A stretch of DNA of 64,000 nucleotides, taken from positions 326,492,001 to 326,556,000 of the forward strand of contig OZ024742.1 of NCBI GenBank assembly GCA_964016885.1, in the 5' to 3' direction. The DNA comes from Eledone cirrhosa (Eukaryota). The position numbers were made by a program, and so were the translations under genes. Below are positions 43,317-56,879 of the stretch, one piece after another (position 1 is the first letter of the stretch; each line of letters opens with the position of its first letter). Below the pieces are notes generated by a model. The model had not been told where the DNA came from, made no database searches, and saw only the letters and a list, made by a program, of their open reading frames with translations.

Positions 43317-43450
43317 CGAAGGAAATGTGGTAAGGAACCAGGTGGACCATAACGCACCAAAGTACTCAATACTTAGGGTAGTAGAGTGCGTAATAGGAAC
43401 GAGTAGGACCCCGAAACGGCTTGAACTCAACCGTCGGGGTCCTACTCGTT

Positions 43451-43544
<94 letters not shown>

Positions 43545-43770
43545 GAATTTGTGTGTGTTCCTTAAGCCAACTACTTTGTTTTCACTTCTCGCTACACGCT
43601 TTCTAGAGAGAAGTTATTGTTGATCAGCGGCTCCTTATTGTAGTGGTTAACGCACTCACCCGGCATCCAAGAGATATGATTTTCGATATCTCCTAAGCAC
43701 TTCTCTCCACATTCATTGTCTCTGAGCGTTCTTTACCTGATTTTCTGAAATATTTAGAGTGATCTACTAA

Positions 43771-43983
43771 TATTGGTTTCTTATATAGGCACAAAGCCAG
43801 TGATTTTGGGGGAGGGGAAATTCGATTAAATCGTCCCCAGTGCGTGACTGGTACTTTATTTTATCGACCCGATGAGGATGAGAGGCAAAGTTAACCTCGG
43901 CGGGATTTGAACTCAGATAATAAAGGGCCGTAACTCTTTGCTGCAAAGCATGGCGTCCGACTCTCTACCGATACTACCAATCC
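43771..43983 (-). mobile_element. Young Nin/Deu-core SINE
   Basis: 17-bp TSD agtgatctactaatatt (43758-43774, 43984-44000). Confidence 0.92.
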
Positions 43984-44003
43984 AGTGATCTACTAATATT
44001 ATG

Positions 44004-44177
44004 ATCGGTAGAGGGTCGGACGCCATGCTTTGCAGCAAAGAGTTACGGCCCTTTATGGTCTGAGTTCAAATCCCGCCGAGGTTAACTTTGCCTTTCATCC
44101 TTACGGGGTGGATAAAATAAAGTACCAGTAATACACTGGGATAAATGCTGGCCTTGTGCCAAAAGTAGAAACAATTA
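44004..44177 (+). mobile_element. Young Nin/Deu-core SINE, inverted relative to both neighbours
   Basis: Consensus match; TSD attatgatc. Confidence 0.92.
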
Positions 44178-44338
44178 TGATCATTTGAGAAACACACATC
44201 TCACACTTTAATTGCTTCTTTATTTAGCCACTTTCTTTATATACATGTGTGTATGTGTATGTGTGTGTGCAAGCGCGTGTGTGTCTGTGTGTGTGTAATG
44301 TTAAGAAATGGAATAATATGACAAGGCGAAGTAGTTAA

Positions 44339-44520
44339 TAATTGTTTTTAGTTTTGGCACAAGGCCAACAATTATTCAGTGCATTACTGGTACTTTATTT
44401 TATCGACCCCGTAAGGATGAAAGGCAAAGTTTACCTCGGCGGGATTTGAATTCAGTCCATAAAAGGCCGTAACTCTTTGCTGCAAAGCATGGCGTCAGAT
44501 CCTCTACCGATACTGGCAAT
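44339..44520 (-). mobile_element. Young Nin/Deu-core SINE
   Basis: Consensus match. Confidence 0.9.
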
Positions 44521-44869
44521 AATCCATTGCTTTACCAACGTTTCAGAGAGGAAAATAATCGATGTACAGACCAATCGATGGTAGTTATACTACTCCATAA
44601 TATTAAAAGCGCAATAATCCTATTTTATGTTATCAAAGTTTCTATTAACATGTTTTTAACAAAACTCAACTTGCATTGTGAAATTACATTTTCTTATTCA
44701 CTTTTAGGGGGGGGGGGGCTGACTATAATCACCGATGTTCCTTTAGATTCTATTGTCTCGCCGTAATAATCTTATTTTACGGTATCAAAGTTTCTATTAG
44801 TAGGTTTTAATTGTTGGATTTCAATTATTCTTCAATTCTTGTTCATTCAATTATTTACTCTTTTTGCAG

Positions 44870-45142
44870 AAAGATTGCCCAAAAGGATTACTGTCAAAAG
44901 ATAAGTTAATGGAAGTATATTCCGATCTTTTCCGACAAGGAAATCCAGAACTGTTCTGTGATCACGTGTTCCGCACATTTGACCATGATAACAGTGGCCA
45001 TATTGATTTCAAGGAATTTATGCTTGCCATCAGTGTGACCTCGGCAAGAGATCCGAAGGAAAAACTGAATTGGGCCTTCACGATGTATGATAAAAATAAA
45101 GATGGCACTATTGAGAAGAGCGAGATGGTAGAAATCATTACG
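44870..45142 (+). CDS. Neuronal calcium sensor coding exon 2 (KDCPKG...EMVEIIT), EF1-EF3
   Basis: Acceptor tttttgcag, donor GTATGT at 45143, 273 nt in frame; inactive EF1 with CPxG, EF2 [24 protein letters not shown]3 [12 protein letters not shown]. Confidence 0.97.
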
Positions 45143-46245
45143 GTATGTATGGGAGATTCTACCTTAATTTTCACTTGTTTAATGTTCGTCTCATATGTAT
45201 TTCTGTATCTTTTTTCCTTTCCCCTTTTTAACTACTTCAGAGAGTGAGTTGCCAGAGATTTTAGAGCGTCATTGGATAGAATACTTTGTGGTGTTTGTTG
45301 CAGGTAACGAATTGGCAGAATTGTTACGCTACCGGATTATATGCCTCTGTATTTGTTCCAGACCTCAGAGCTCTGATCTGAAATCCCGCCAAGATCAACA
45401 TTGCCTCTCATGCTGTACGGGTTGCTAAATAAAATACCAGTCCGAGAGCAGTGGATTAGCAGTCTCGTTAACACATTGGACAGGGTGCTCTGCGGTTTCT
45501 GCACCGAACCTCTGCGTTCTTAGTTTAAATACTACCTCACCTCTTGTCTCTAAGAAAAGCCGTAACATTTCAGCCAAGAGTTACGACCGACTGATAGTGT
45601 ACCTCTTCCTTATCAGGAACACCTTCAGTGGAAAGCAAATGATATTGAAAAGGGACCATGAGCATTCTCAAATTCGAGCTGAAATATGTCCATGACGGTT
45701 TGTATTCTGCTGTAAGCATAAATACCAATTAAACGAAGGTATTTGTTACGGTTCTCTGTGGTCTGAGTTCAAATCCGGCAAAGACCAACTTTACCTTTCA
45801 TCATTTCAACAACAACATGAACCAGCTCATAACAGTCGTATTTTCACTTAGTCTATATATCAAAATCGCTTAACCTTCACAGCTGCCATATAGCTTAGAT
45901 ATAGCGTATATATAATGTTCATATTTTCCTCCAGCTCAAAAGAAATCTTACCATTCATCTAATGGAAGAAACAACCTATGAGTTTCAATTGATTTTCTAA
46001 ATGATCGAGAATTTGGAGGCATTTCCTAATATAACGAACTTTCACTTTATTGATCTGGTGTTTTCATCAATAACTCAACGAAGATTCTTACATGAAATTA
46101 TAAAGAGTCTTTTAATATATAACTATCAGCACGTTACAAAAAAATTGCTTAGTGTTGTTTCTTTACAGCAAAAACTTGTTACACACTTCACATTTGTATA
46201 TATATATATATATATTTGTGTTGGAGCTCTCTATATATATATATG

Positions 46246-46317
<72 letters not shown>

Positions 46318-46379
46318 CATGTATGTAAGTATGTATGTATGTATGTATGTATGTATGTATGTGTGTATGTATGTATTCG

Positions 46380-49300
46380 TCGGAAACATGAACTGTTTAT
46401 AACCCCCAAACAAAATACCTTAGAGCTTTTAGCAGGTATTAGTTATAGATGTTATCGCCACTTTAGCAGGGTGGTAGAATCAGTGGTCGTTAGTTGCCAG
46501 TGTGGTAAGTGATAGTATCCTCGTTGGATTATCTTGTTGACATAGACGTGAGAGAAGGTCCCTCGATCTATTTACCATCTATTTACAATATTCCTTTCGT
46601 CAGGTCGCCAATTCCAGCAGCATGGATTAAAGATGCCATTGAGACACGAGTAACATAATAACGACCTCAACCGCAGTAATTAGAGATGAAATGTTTGTTT
46701 ATTTATATGGTTGAAGTTACAGATAAAAAGAGGTTACAAAAGGGAATGTGCCATTGCGCCGTTAAGCCGGCGAGGCTAGGGGTGCAATATCTCACTGCTA
46801 CATTATGCATGTTGCTGGCTCGAAGTTTCTGATACAGGAGCGAGATTCTTCAAATCTTCGCGGGGAATTTCTTCCTCAGGGCGCGTAGGGATACATCCTC
46901 TTCTACTGGCGCTGATTGGCTGAACTGAGCCAAATCACGCACAGAGAATGTATGTGAGCCCGCGGAATGTAGGTCACTACATCACCTCCAACCAGATTTT
47001 CAGCCGAAAATCGATAACGAAGAAATCAAGGACCCACATATTAAATCAGCAAGAACAAATGCTGAAAGAGCACATCAATGAAAAAATAATTGAGCAGAAG
47101 GTTGCATGCAAGAACAAAAAATGAGGCGCTACGGGCCGTGTTGAGCCGCTGTGTCAAATGACCAGTTGTTTTGTTGTTTATACGTGACCGCCAAAGGTCT
47201 AACAAAAAACGGATAAAGTCTGACATGGGCGAAGTTGCTGTTCTTGCATTAAATGTTAATGGTAAGCGTTGTACCAGTAGCTGTGAACGAAGCTATTATG
47301 GTAGTTTACCAGTGATGGCGAGAAAATGATGGCCCCCAGATGTATTGTCGAATGTGCTGTGGAGCCAGGAAAAAATGGCTGGTTGCTTTGTAAAGAACAA
47401 AAGGCAAGTTTAATCTGTAGGTGGGTTGCAGTGTAAATTCCATAATTCGGGCGAATCCACAGAAGTGGCCGAAATGCTAACAAGTCCAGTTCAATTTGTT
47501 GCTTTCCCAGCGAGTCGGGCAAAAACAACAATACGGATGGCCGTCATGGACGATCAGTGTGCAAAGAGATGCGAAGCTGTTTGAGTTCAGCTGCAATTAG
47601 TATTCTCGTGTTGCGGTGACTGTTTGAATCCAGTGGATTAAGCTCTGTGAGCTGCTAGCATGTGACAGCATCTCAACCAGGTGAAAAGGGACTCGCAGAA
47701 TATTACGTTTGAAGAACATATACCAAGAACAACATGTTGGTGTGTGATAAAAAAAATGTGTGCATATGCAGGCATGTAAAACAGCAAAGAATGTGAATGA
47801 ACAAAAACCATGAGCAAACAAATAGCAAAAGAGCACAAAACAAGTAAATGCATTCTACAAAGAAATATGTGAATGTAACAAATTGATAATTCAAAGTCAA
47901 TCTAGGGGAGCAGAGAAATTGCTCAATAAGTTCAAAGTTTTTCAAAGTCAAATAGTTCACACATCACCAGTGTACAGATACTAGTTCTATCTGAAAACTG
48001 AAAAAGAAGTTTGTTAATGCCGTTAGGGGTTAGATGTATGGTGTTTTTGTGAGATTTCGTGGCCATTTTCCTGTCCCGCCACACGGTTGTGTTGCTTATT
48101 GTTAAAGCAAAGTCAAAGAATCTTCTGTAGAGTAGGAGTCACCAAATATGGCAGTCACGTCTGACGCCATAATGGTGAGAAAACTACTGTCTCAATTTCT
48201 CGCGTCCCTGTGGTAACGAGACAGAAGGTATGGTGGTTGCGTCGGTAAAGTTACAAGCCGTTTTGAAATTTCCGATGTGTGGTGGTTGGCGTCGGTAAGA
48301 TTATGAAGCTACCACTCACTGTTCCCTGTATTGGTCAGTGGTTAAACAACGCTGTCGCTGCTGCTGTCATTGTTGTTGTCAAGCGTAGCCATGACATGTC
48401 GGTAGCCATCTTGAAATTTTTTTCGTGGCGAAAATGTTTTTGAAATACTGCTAATTTTTCAAAAATCTTAAAAGGAATATTCTGGATTTTCGCAAGTTGC
48501 GACGTGGCAATAAAAGTTAAACTGAATGAATAAGAAGGGCTGCGTGATATTCTTACGTCGGTCACCACTTTAGCAGTTATTAGTTATAGATGTTATCGCC
48601 ACTTTAGCAGGGTGGTAGAATCAGTGGTCGTTAGTTGCCAGTGTGGTAAGTGATAGTATCCTCGTTGGATAATCTTGTTGACAGAGACGTGAGGGAAGGT
48701 CCCTCGATCTATTTACCATCTATTTACAATATTCCTTTCGTCAGGTCGCCAATTCCAGCAGCATGGATTAAAGATGCCATTGAGACACGAGTAACATAAT
48801 AACGACCTCAACCGCAGTAATTAGAGATGAAATGTTTGTTTATTTATATGGTTGAAGTTACAGATAAAAAGAGGTTACAAAAGGGAATGTGCCATTGTGC
48901 CGTTAAGCCGGCGAGGCTAGGGATGCAATATCTCACTGCTACATTATGCGTGTTGCTGGCTCGAAGTTTCTGGTACAGGAGCGAGATTCTTCAAATCTTC
49001 GCGGGGAATGTCTTCCTCAGGGCGCGTAGGGATACATCCTCTTCTACTGGCGCTGATTGGCTGAACCGAGCCAAATCACGCACAGAGAATGTATGTGAGC
49101 CCGCGGAATGTAGGTCACTACAAGCTCTTTTTCCAAAAGTGCTTCCATCAAACGCTTAGAATTAGCTGGAAATCTTTTACGGGGGTTTTAGAATGAGCAG
49201 GAATTTCATCAAATTATACTATCCTATTTTAAATTCAGCTGAGGTGAACTGTGCGCTTAATATGAATGGAGGACGACCGCATCCATAAGACTTTTTATAG

Positions 49301-49900
49301 TGAGCTATGTGTTGGAAAGTAAAAACAGTGCAAACCAATAAAGAAAGACATAAATACTTACTAAAAACCAGCATTAAGGAGTTGAATATACCATAGAGAG
49401 ATGTTGAATCTATTTTTCTTGATAAAAGTAAATGGCGAAAAATGACTTCATATTAGGGTACAGGGTTTTGAAGTAAATAAACGGAAATATGCGTAACTGA
49501 AAAGATATCTACAGAAAAATAACACTTTGCTAAGCACAGAAGTATATTGATCCATCTGCTGCTCGGTCTTTGCTAAACGTTGTCTTTCTTAGGCTGGCAT
49601 AACTTCACATCTCAGAACTCATTTTCATACAGTTGATCCAAATTAAACAAATTCCACTCGTGCAGACATTCTCATATGTCATATTTGTAGTAGGACATGT
49701 GAGTTCCATTCCGATCCAAAATAAATAAAATATTCACAAAGCAGACATTACAAGCAAAACTGTGCCATTTAGGGTGAGAGAAATTTGCTCTGTTTGTAAT
49801 GCAAATTTCAAACTGAATCGGGGTTCAAGAGCTACATAAGTGTTGATACGCAGAAAAGGCACATCTGAAGACAAATGGCTAAGGTTTGAAAAGGAACAGA
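46380..49900 (+). mobile_element. Old RTE-clade LINE 3' relic, split by the LTR element
   Basis: ETWTVY-like (cggaaacatgaactgtttat) left of the LTR element; FFQKCFHQTLRISW, MEDDRI..LFYSELCVGK, DKSKWRK and CxxC finger remnants to the right. Confidence 0.7.
46428..49122 (-). mobile_element. Non-autonomous Gypsy-type LTR retrotransposon (554-bp LTRs, 1.6-kb internal region without intact ORF)
   Basis: Direct repeats 46428-46981 and 48569-49122 (about 10 mismatches counted by eye); 4-bp TSD AGCT (46424-46427, 49123-49126); minus-strand LTR starts TGTAGTG; PBS-like TGGTGACCGACGT just inside the 5' LTR; purine-rich GGTTGGAGGTGAT before the 3' LTR. Confidence 0.92.
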
Positions 49901-50099
49901 CTACCTTCATATACATACTTGCACACATACATGTGTGTGTGTATTTATGCACAATCATTCACAAACATACATTCTTGTGTATACAGATAGATAGATAGAT
50001 AAGTTTCTTTATTTTCCACAAGGGCACAAAAGATTGGGACAAATACAAGGGGGCGAAGTTTACATACATTTAAAAGACGTGTAAAAAATATAACAAATA

Positions 50100-53000
50100 A
50101 AATTAAACAATCGAAGTCCTCAATAGGGAGGTGGCGTTGACGTGGGTCGCACACACTCCCGAAAAAATGTGCAACCCTCCTCCTCAGGAGCACAAAGAGC
50201 GGGTACTCCCTTCCTCTCCTCCTTCTCCTCTCTCACCTTTCATAAAACTTGCTGTGGTACAGCACCTCTCGCTCCATACAGATTCTTCTTCCAAAGTGGT
50301 ATTTGAAAAAAAGAATCAGTTGTTGGCCGGAGAGAAAGGTGTCTGACCTCAGCCCTTTTAACCTCGTCCACCATACAAGCTCTTTCGCCATAGCTATCAC
50401 ACAAAGGAAAACCGCCTCTCCTTCGTTTTTGAAGGAGGGTGCCAGTTTGATCATGACAATGGATTCGGTGGTCAACCGGATTGGTCCCACCCGCGACAAT
50501 AGTCGTTCTACTTAGCCCCACAGGTCGGTAACGCCCGGGCAGTGTACGAATGCGTGCGCGACGGTTTCTTCGTCTCCGTCTCGCACGCATCTCGGACAGA
50601 TCTTTTTCGAAGGGTCCCTGCACGGGTGCCCATGTCTGTAGAGCTTGTCTCGTACTGGTAGAGCTCCTCGGTAGCACTGCCAGGCCAGGGACTTTTGGAA
50701 GTTGTCCATCCGTCCCGGGCGGAAGGTCCTACAGATCATACTGGCCAGTTTGTCTTCCTCTACGCCTAGAGTTTCTCGAAGTGGAGTCTCCACTGATCGC
50801 CGGATCCGCCTACCAGAGGGCTGTGAGCTCCTGAGCACATTCAATGTGCCAGTCGCCCATTTTCCTCGGTCTTCGCTTGACCCAGGACTGCAGCTCGGTC
50901 AGCGAGACGAGTCGTGGGAAGGCTCGCCTCACGAACGGGGCCCACACCGGTTGTCCGGTGAGGAATACGTGGAGATGCCGCAGACTGAGCGCTTGTTTGC
51001 GCATCGTCAGCCACGGCATCTCAAGCCCTCCGTTGGAAGGGTGTTCGCAGAAGATGGATCTTCTTACCAAAGGAGCCCGTTTCTTCCAAAGGAATTGGAA
51101 GAGCGCGCGCTCCATTTTAGTGAGCGTTTTGGCTGGACAGGGCACGATGGTAAAGAGATAGTAGATGACGTACGCTATAAAAGTATTCGCCACCTCCGCT
51201 CGACCTTTCAAGGATATTTTGCACTAGGCCCACTTCTGGGTGAGTGCAAACACCTTGGCCGTCACCTCGTTCCAGTTCCTCTCCACCTGGCGGTCAGGAC
51301 CAAACCAGACCCCGAGCAGCTTTACCGGTCCTTCCGTCCAGCGTCCGACGACGTCATCGGAAGGCATCAGTTTGCCTCTCCACGTTCCGAGTTGCAAACC
51401 GACGGATTTGTCCCGGTTCAGCTTCGCTCCTGTGAACCTTTCGTATTCCTCCAGTAAGGTGCCGATCTCACAGATTTGCGAGGTGCTCGACACCATTACT
51501 GTCACGTCGTCGGCGTAGGCCGATGCTGCTTTCTGCAGTCCTGGTTACAGAGGGATGCCCTGCAATAGCTCCATCTTCCGCAGTAGTGGCTCGAGAGTCA
51601 GTACGTACAGAAGGGAGGACAGAGGGCATCCCTTCGGATGGGTCGCGTGATATGGAACGGCTCCGAGAGGTAGCCGTTCACCTTGACCCTTGAGCAGATG
51701 TTGCTGCTGTGCATTGCAGCAATCCAGCCCCTCAACACGGGTCTGAAGCCTGCCGCCTCGGGCACCGCATCCAGGTAACGATGGTCAACCCTATCGAAAG
51801 CCTTAGGCTGATCCAAGTTGATCAGGGCCCCACCGAAGCCGCGTTTACACCCAACCATCTCTACGATGTATCTCATGCGGTGGAGGTTGTGTATGGACCT
51901 GGTCGAGATTACGCATGTCTGCGCTTCTCCCACCAGGTTTTTGACGACAAGCGCCAGCCTCTTTGCCAACACCCTGGCCAAAATCTGTAACTCTGTGTTT
52001 AGCAGAGTTATGGGCCGGAAGTTACCTATGTCATCCCCCTTATTCTCATCCTTCCTGACTAGCGTGACTACGCCCCTGGTCACAGAACTGGGAATTCTCC
52101 CGTTCTGCTGCCAGTTGCAGTAGACCGCTTCCAGGAGAACAGAGAACAAGTCCGACATTGCTACGTAAAATTCGTAGGGTAGACCGTCGAGACCTGGAGA
52201 TTTGCGTTTGCCGCATAGGCACAGCGCGTCTCCTATCTCAGCGGCTGAAATCGGCCTTTCACAGAACTTCGCCTCGCTGTCCGAGAGTCACGGCAGGCCG
52301 TCGAGGTATGGACCGAAATCCATAGCCCCTCCCGGCGCGCCGCCCTTCCCGAACAGTTGAGCAAAGTGCCGCTGAAAGGCCGCGCACATCTGCTTCGGTA
52401 CACGTATCAAGAGTCCGTCTTGGTCCTTCAAAGACCGAATCGTGGACTTGTTACCACTTTTCGCCTCCGTCACCCGGGCCCAGCTAACAGCTTTGGCTCC
52501 CTCGTTACCCAGAGCACGTATTTTCCTTCTGACAACGCAGCCCTCGTGCTGTGCGTCGAGAACTGGTCCAAGGCTGTTTTCGCTGCTAGCACGCTGGCTA
52601 CGTTGCCACTTCTAATTGCATCTTCTACTTTATCTACCAGTTCCTTCTCGGTCCTATTTCTATCTAACGCTAATTCTTTGCTAAAAACTAACGAGTCTAA
52701 TCTAACTGCCCTCTTGAGAGAGTACCACCATCTGTTGTTGACAATGGCCCCTGTCAAGTGCGGTTTAACTAAAGTGCTAATCCGTCTACTGTAGGCTTTG
52801 CATGTCGGTAACGACAAGTTCAGCTTCCAGTAGCCGGGTCCCTGTCTATGGATTCTATCAAGGTTTACCATGCAGGTCACTAGTTTGTGATGTGAATAGG
52901 CAACCATGAACATTTGTGGACAGCTTAACATGTCCCTATCATTATTTCTAACTAGAACCCTATCTAGGTACGATCTAGATGTTCCGCTGAGATTAGTCCA

Positions 53001-53551
53001 CGTCCACTGTGGCACGGTCGTAAAATCTAGTCGATATATATCGGCCAGGTCAAATCGGCCGATTAACTGTTTGAGGCTGTTACACCCCCTTTATCGGCAC
53101 ATGCTCCCACATAGTCCCAACGTGCATCTAGGATTCCATTCCAGTCCCCCACTAAAAGCAAGGAGCAGGACGTTCCCAGAAAAGTCTCTAGACGTTTGAA
53201 GAAGTCTGGCCGCGGAGTCCTGGATGGGGCATATGCGCCCACAAGCCTGAATTCTCCACTTTCACTACCGTCAACGTCTAGTACCACCAGTCGACCCTCC
53301 GGGTCCAGATGTACCGTCTGTGTTACGAGGCCCAGGTGTTTCCTCAGCAAAACGGCAACCCGTTCCCACCTCCCGGCTGACATAGAGATGCGTAGATCTC
53401 ATAGTCATCGAAGATGGGAGCCAGCTGTCGCTTGCTGTCGATCCTGGACTCGCAGATGGCTGTGCGACCTGAGGTCGTTTAAGAATTTGCCCTGTTTCCA
53501 GGGCATCCCCAGGCCGCGCACATTCACACAACCGACTCTTACATTCGCCAT
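50100..53551 (-). pseudogene. Tx1-like ORF2 (APE endonuclease + reverse transcriptase + zf-RVT), multiple frameshifts and stops
   Basis: Starts MANVRVGCVNVRGL; motifs GAYAP, LLVGDWN, SYLDRVLV, GPGYWKLN, NFRPITLLN, LDQPKAFDRVDH, YADD (gtcgtcggcgta at about 51507-51518), CPRC..ETVAHAFVHC. Confidence 0.93.
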
Positions 53552-53591
53552 GTCGGTGAGGAAGCGTTGGAAAAGAAAAGGAAGAGTTCAC

Positions 53592-55379
53592 TCACCTTTT
53601 CGCTTCCTGGAGAGCGAGCCGCTCAAGTTCCATGGGGGTGTTGGAGGGGTTGTCTGGGTGGGTGGTAGTTTCCGGTGGGGTGGGGATGGAGATGTTTGGT
53701 GGGGAGGGGGTGTCTGGTGGGATGGGGCTGTCTGGGGTGGGTAGACATTTGAGAAGGACGCGGTTAAGTGGTTTCACGCAGGAATTCCCCACGTCCTTTT
53801 CAAATGTTTCTTTTAGGGACCTATAAGTTTGTATAGGGACCCTAATCAGTTTTAGGTTCGGTGCTTTATTATTTTTATTAGAGTTTGCGAAAGTTTTCCC
53901 TTCCGTTTTCACCGAAGGGTTGTTCGTGATGGTCTCCATTAGTGTTTTGTTTTCAGTGTTTATGTATGCGTAAGTGTAATTTTCTTGTGTTGTGTTTGTT
54001 TTTGTCTGTAGTGCTTGTGTGTGCTTTCGTTTTGTTGTAGGTATTTTGTTTTCAGGAGGTGGGGGTTTTGGTTGTGATGTTTTGTTGTTTGTGTTGGTGG
54101 TTGTATGTTTGTGGTAGTGTTTGCTGGTTTTTTGATTTTGTGGTGCCTTTTTTTTCTTTTCGAGCGATGGGGTTCTCGTTCGTCTTCACTCGGTGATGAC
54201 GAGATAGCCTCATCTGTTGTATGGTCTGTGTGATTGGGGAGGGGTATGTCTTGGGGAGCTGTTGTGTCTGTAAGTGATTTTGCAGTGGTTTGAGGTGGAG
54301 TTGGGTTGGGTGGGACTGTGTTTATTGTGGTTATTTTTGTGTGTTGGTGTTGTTGTTGTTGTGGTTGTGGTGGTGGTTGTGTTATTTTGATGGGTGTCGG
54401 CAGAAGAGTCTTTTTTTTACTCATTAATTGAGAACAGGAATCCCTCAGGTGACCTCTGCTAAAGCAGTGGTAACATGAAGGCCGACGACCCTCAACCGAA
54501 AGGTTTATGTAGGTGAGTCCGTCCAGGAGTACACGTTGTGGGATCCTAGCTATTCGTTCTGGGCTCATTTGTACCAGAACTTCAACGCTCGTCCCATTAA
54601 ATACATCTGTGGGGGACTTTCCTACTGAAAGTATTCTGTCTTCATCAAAATTGATGAAGCCGCACAGTATCCACCATATGTTTACCTTTGGTGTGACACT
54701 TGTGATTCTGATCTTTTGTGATCTTTTTCCCATGTATGTGGGGGAAAAGGTATACAGGTTGGATACAATTGGCGACACAGAGTAATTTTGGGCCGTCACT
54801 TGATCCTTCGTGAGTACCGAAATACTCCCAAAGCGTTTGCCTCTTTGAATGAATGAAATATCATTCATTGAATTTTTGAAAACCAGTTCAATTTCTTTCT
54901 GTGACAATTGGACCTGTTTTCGGGTAGAATTAGGAACTGTCCTAAAAACTATCGTTTTGAGGGCAGTTTCCTTACGAATTTCTACAGGGGAATTAATGCT
55001 GAAAGCACCATTCTTTTCAAAAGTAACATATCTCCTAGCGTCCTTTAGAAGTTGTTCGGCATTTGATATGTCGAGATATGTTAATTCCTCCTTTTTTCTG
55101 AACTGTCTGTGCAAAGGATATTTTTGGTTTCTTTGTGGAATTGTCCGTGTTGGTGGTGTTGTCATTATTGTTGTTATTGTTGTTGTTGTTCTTGTTGTCA
55201 CTGATGTTGATATTGTTCGTATTTTCCTTGGTGTTGGTGTTGTTGTCTTTTATGCTGATATTATTGGTGTTGTCTTTATTTTTTTCTTTGTTGTTGTTGT
55301 CATTGTTGTTTATCATCATTATTGGTGTTGTTGTTTTTATTTTTGTTGTCATTGTCCTGTTTGGTGTCATTTGTGTCAT
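53592..55379 (-). pseudogene. Tx1-like ORF1 (gag-like), frameshifted
   Basis: ORF pieces 55035-55379, 53960-55201 and 53592-53939; Asn/Thr-rich N-terminus, SFAQTV motif, zinc knuckle CYHCFSRGHLRDSC, Pro/Thr-rich tail. Confidence 0.85.
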
Positions 55380-55772
55380 TATTTTTTTTTTCGGGGGGGA
55401 GGGGTAAATCCGTTTTTACAATTTTATTTCTTCTTTACATCTCCATAATATCTATGGAGAAGGAAAGGGAAGAAGCAGACGTTGACTGCTATCTATGTAG
55501 TCTTAGCGACTCTCCACTACAATTATCGCCAAACGCAACATTCATAGCGTAACCAAACTTCTTAACGATATTTTTTGCAAAATTCGATAGAGAAAAATTT
55601 TTCAAACGAATATTTCGCCCCTGGGAGGGATAAAAATGAGTTGACCCACCGCCTTAAGGTCCAGACGGGAGGTAAAGTTACACAACAATATAAAATTTAA
55701 CTGAAAACTCACGGTCTTTCTTACATACATTTACAGAAACTTCTCCACGAAGTTATACACGTCTGGTAGAGA

Positions 55773-55785
55773 GATAGATAGATGA

Positions 55786-55868
<83 letters not shown>
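55773..55868. repeat. (GATA)n microsatellite
   Basis: Direct reading. Confidence 0.97.
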
Positions 55869-55960
55869 TCTTTATTTGCCACAAGGGCGTACAAGAAATG
55901 GGACATTACAAGACGTGACGGCGGCGTTTTTACATAAAAAATTGTGTAAACATTAACATT
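55865..55960 (-). mobile_element. 5'-truncated 3'-end fragment of a related Tx1-like element inside a (GATA)n array
   Basis: ctttatttgccacaagggcgtacaagaaatgggac resembles 50007-50040; GATA repeats on both sides. Confidence 0.8.
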
Positions 55961-56879
55961 AGATAGATAGATAGATACTTATATATTATTCCATTTAATT
56001 GACGGACAAAAGTATGTTGATAATTAAAAGTTAATATTTGTTTATTTCTTCACTCACAATTCAAACTATATATTTATAAATAAAAATGTGTTTTACTGTT
56101 TTAATTAATGTACGTTTAAACGCAAAAATAGCAATTAGCATGATGTACTTAATAACATTATTAATAGAAGAGAAACGAACATCACTTAATTTTAAAATAG
56201 TTTAGGGGGAAGAATTTAAATTCTAATATTTGATGCCATACTTATATCAATTTTCCAATGCTTTTACTTGATATATTTTGGTATCAGTATTTTAATATTT
56301 TCTAAGGCTAATTATTAGAAACTATTTGATTATGTCATTCTAAGATGGAAAAATAAAAAGGCTGATGATTGTAGACGTGATCTACAATTGTTCGACTGTA
56401 TAAGGTGAAACAGAGTTTTGAGCCATAGCTGCTGCAGTTGGCTGATCAGTAAATACTGCTCAACATGTTGTAGGAAACCTCCATGAAGCATGTGACTATT
56501 CCAACTGTCCTCAATCAAGGCAGCTACAAGAAATAGAGAGAGAGATTGGAAGGTACCAGTTTAGACTAGTAAGACGTCTGTTTAGCCAAGTACTCGTTAC
56601 TTTGGAAAGTAGAGTGTACGTATTGCAAAGAGTTGGTACCCGACAGGTGATCTATTTACAATATATATATATATATATATATGAAAGCGTAGCTCTTAAT
56701 GTCAAATACACCATCATAAACCTGAACAAAGTGACGCTAATCTAACGATATCCACGAACTCAAATAAATATTGTCCACACACCTGGAACCAACCTAACCT
56801 ACCATATACCTACCAAACTTGATATAACGTAAAATAAGCATCAGGTCCTTCGGATCAAAATCCCAAGACACACTTCGAG

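Larger units (their letters stand above)
50002..55470 (-). mobile_element. Near full-length decayed Tx1/L1-clade non-LTR retrotransposon
   Basis: ORF1 with CCHC knuckle, ORF2 with APE endonuclease, RT and C-terminal CxxC-ET-H-C finger; 3' end AATAAA followed by (TATC)n. The 5' boundary is approximate. Confidence 0.93.

Noticed and set aside
48827-49159. 110-aa ORF as a gene
   Set aside because: Antisense within the LTR and interrupted by stops in the other LTR copy.
50702-51457. 251-aa and other plus-strand ORFs over the LINE
   Set aside because: Antisense shadows of the GC-rich Tx1 ORF2.
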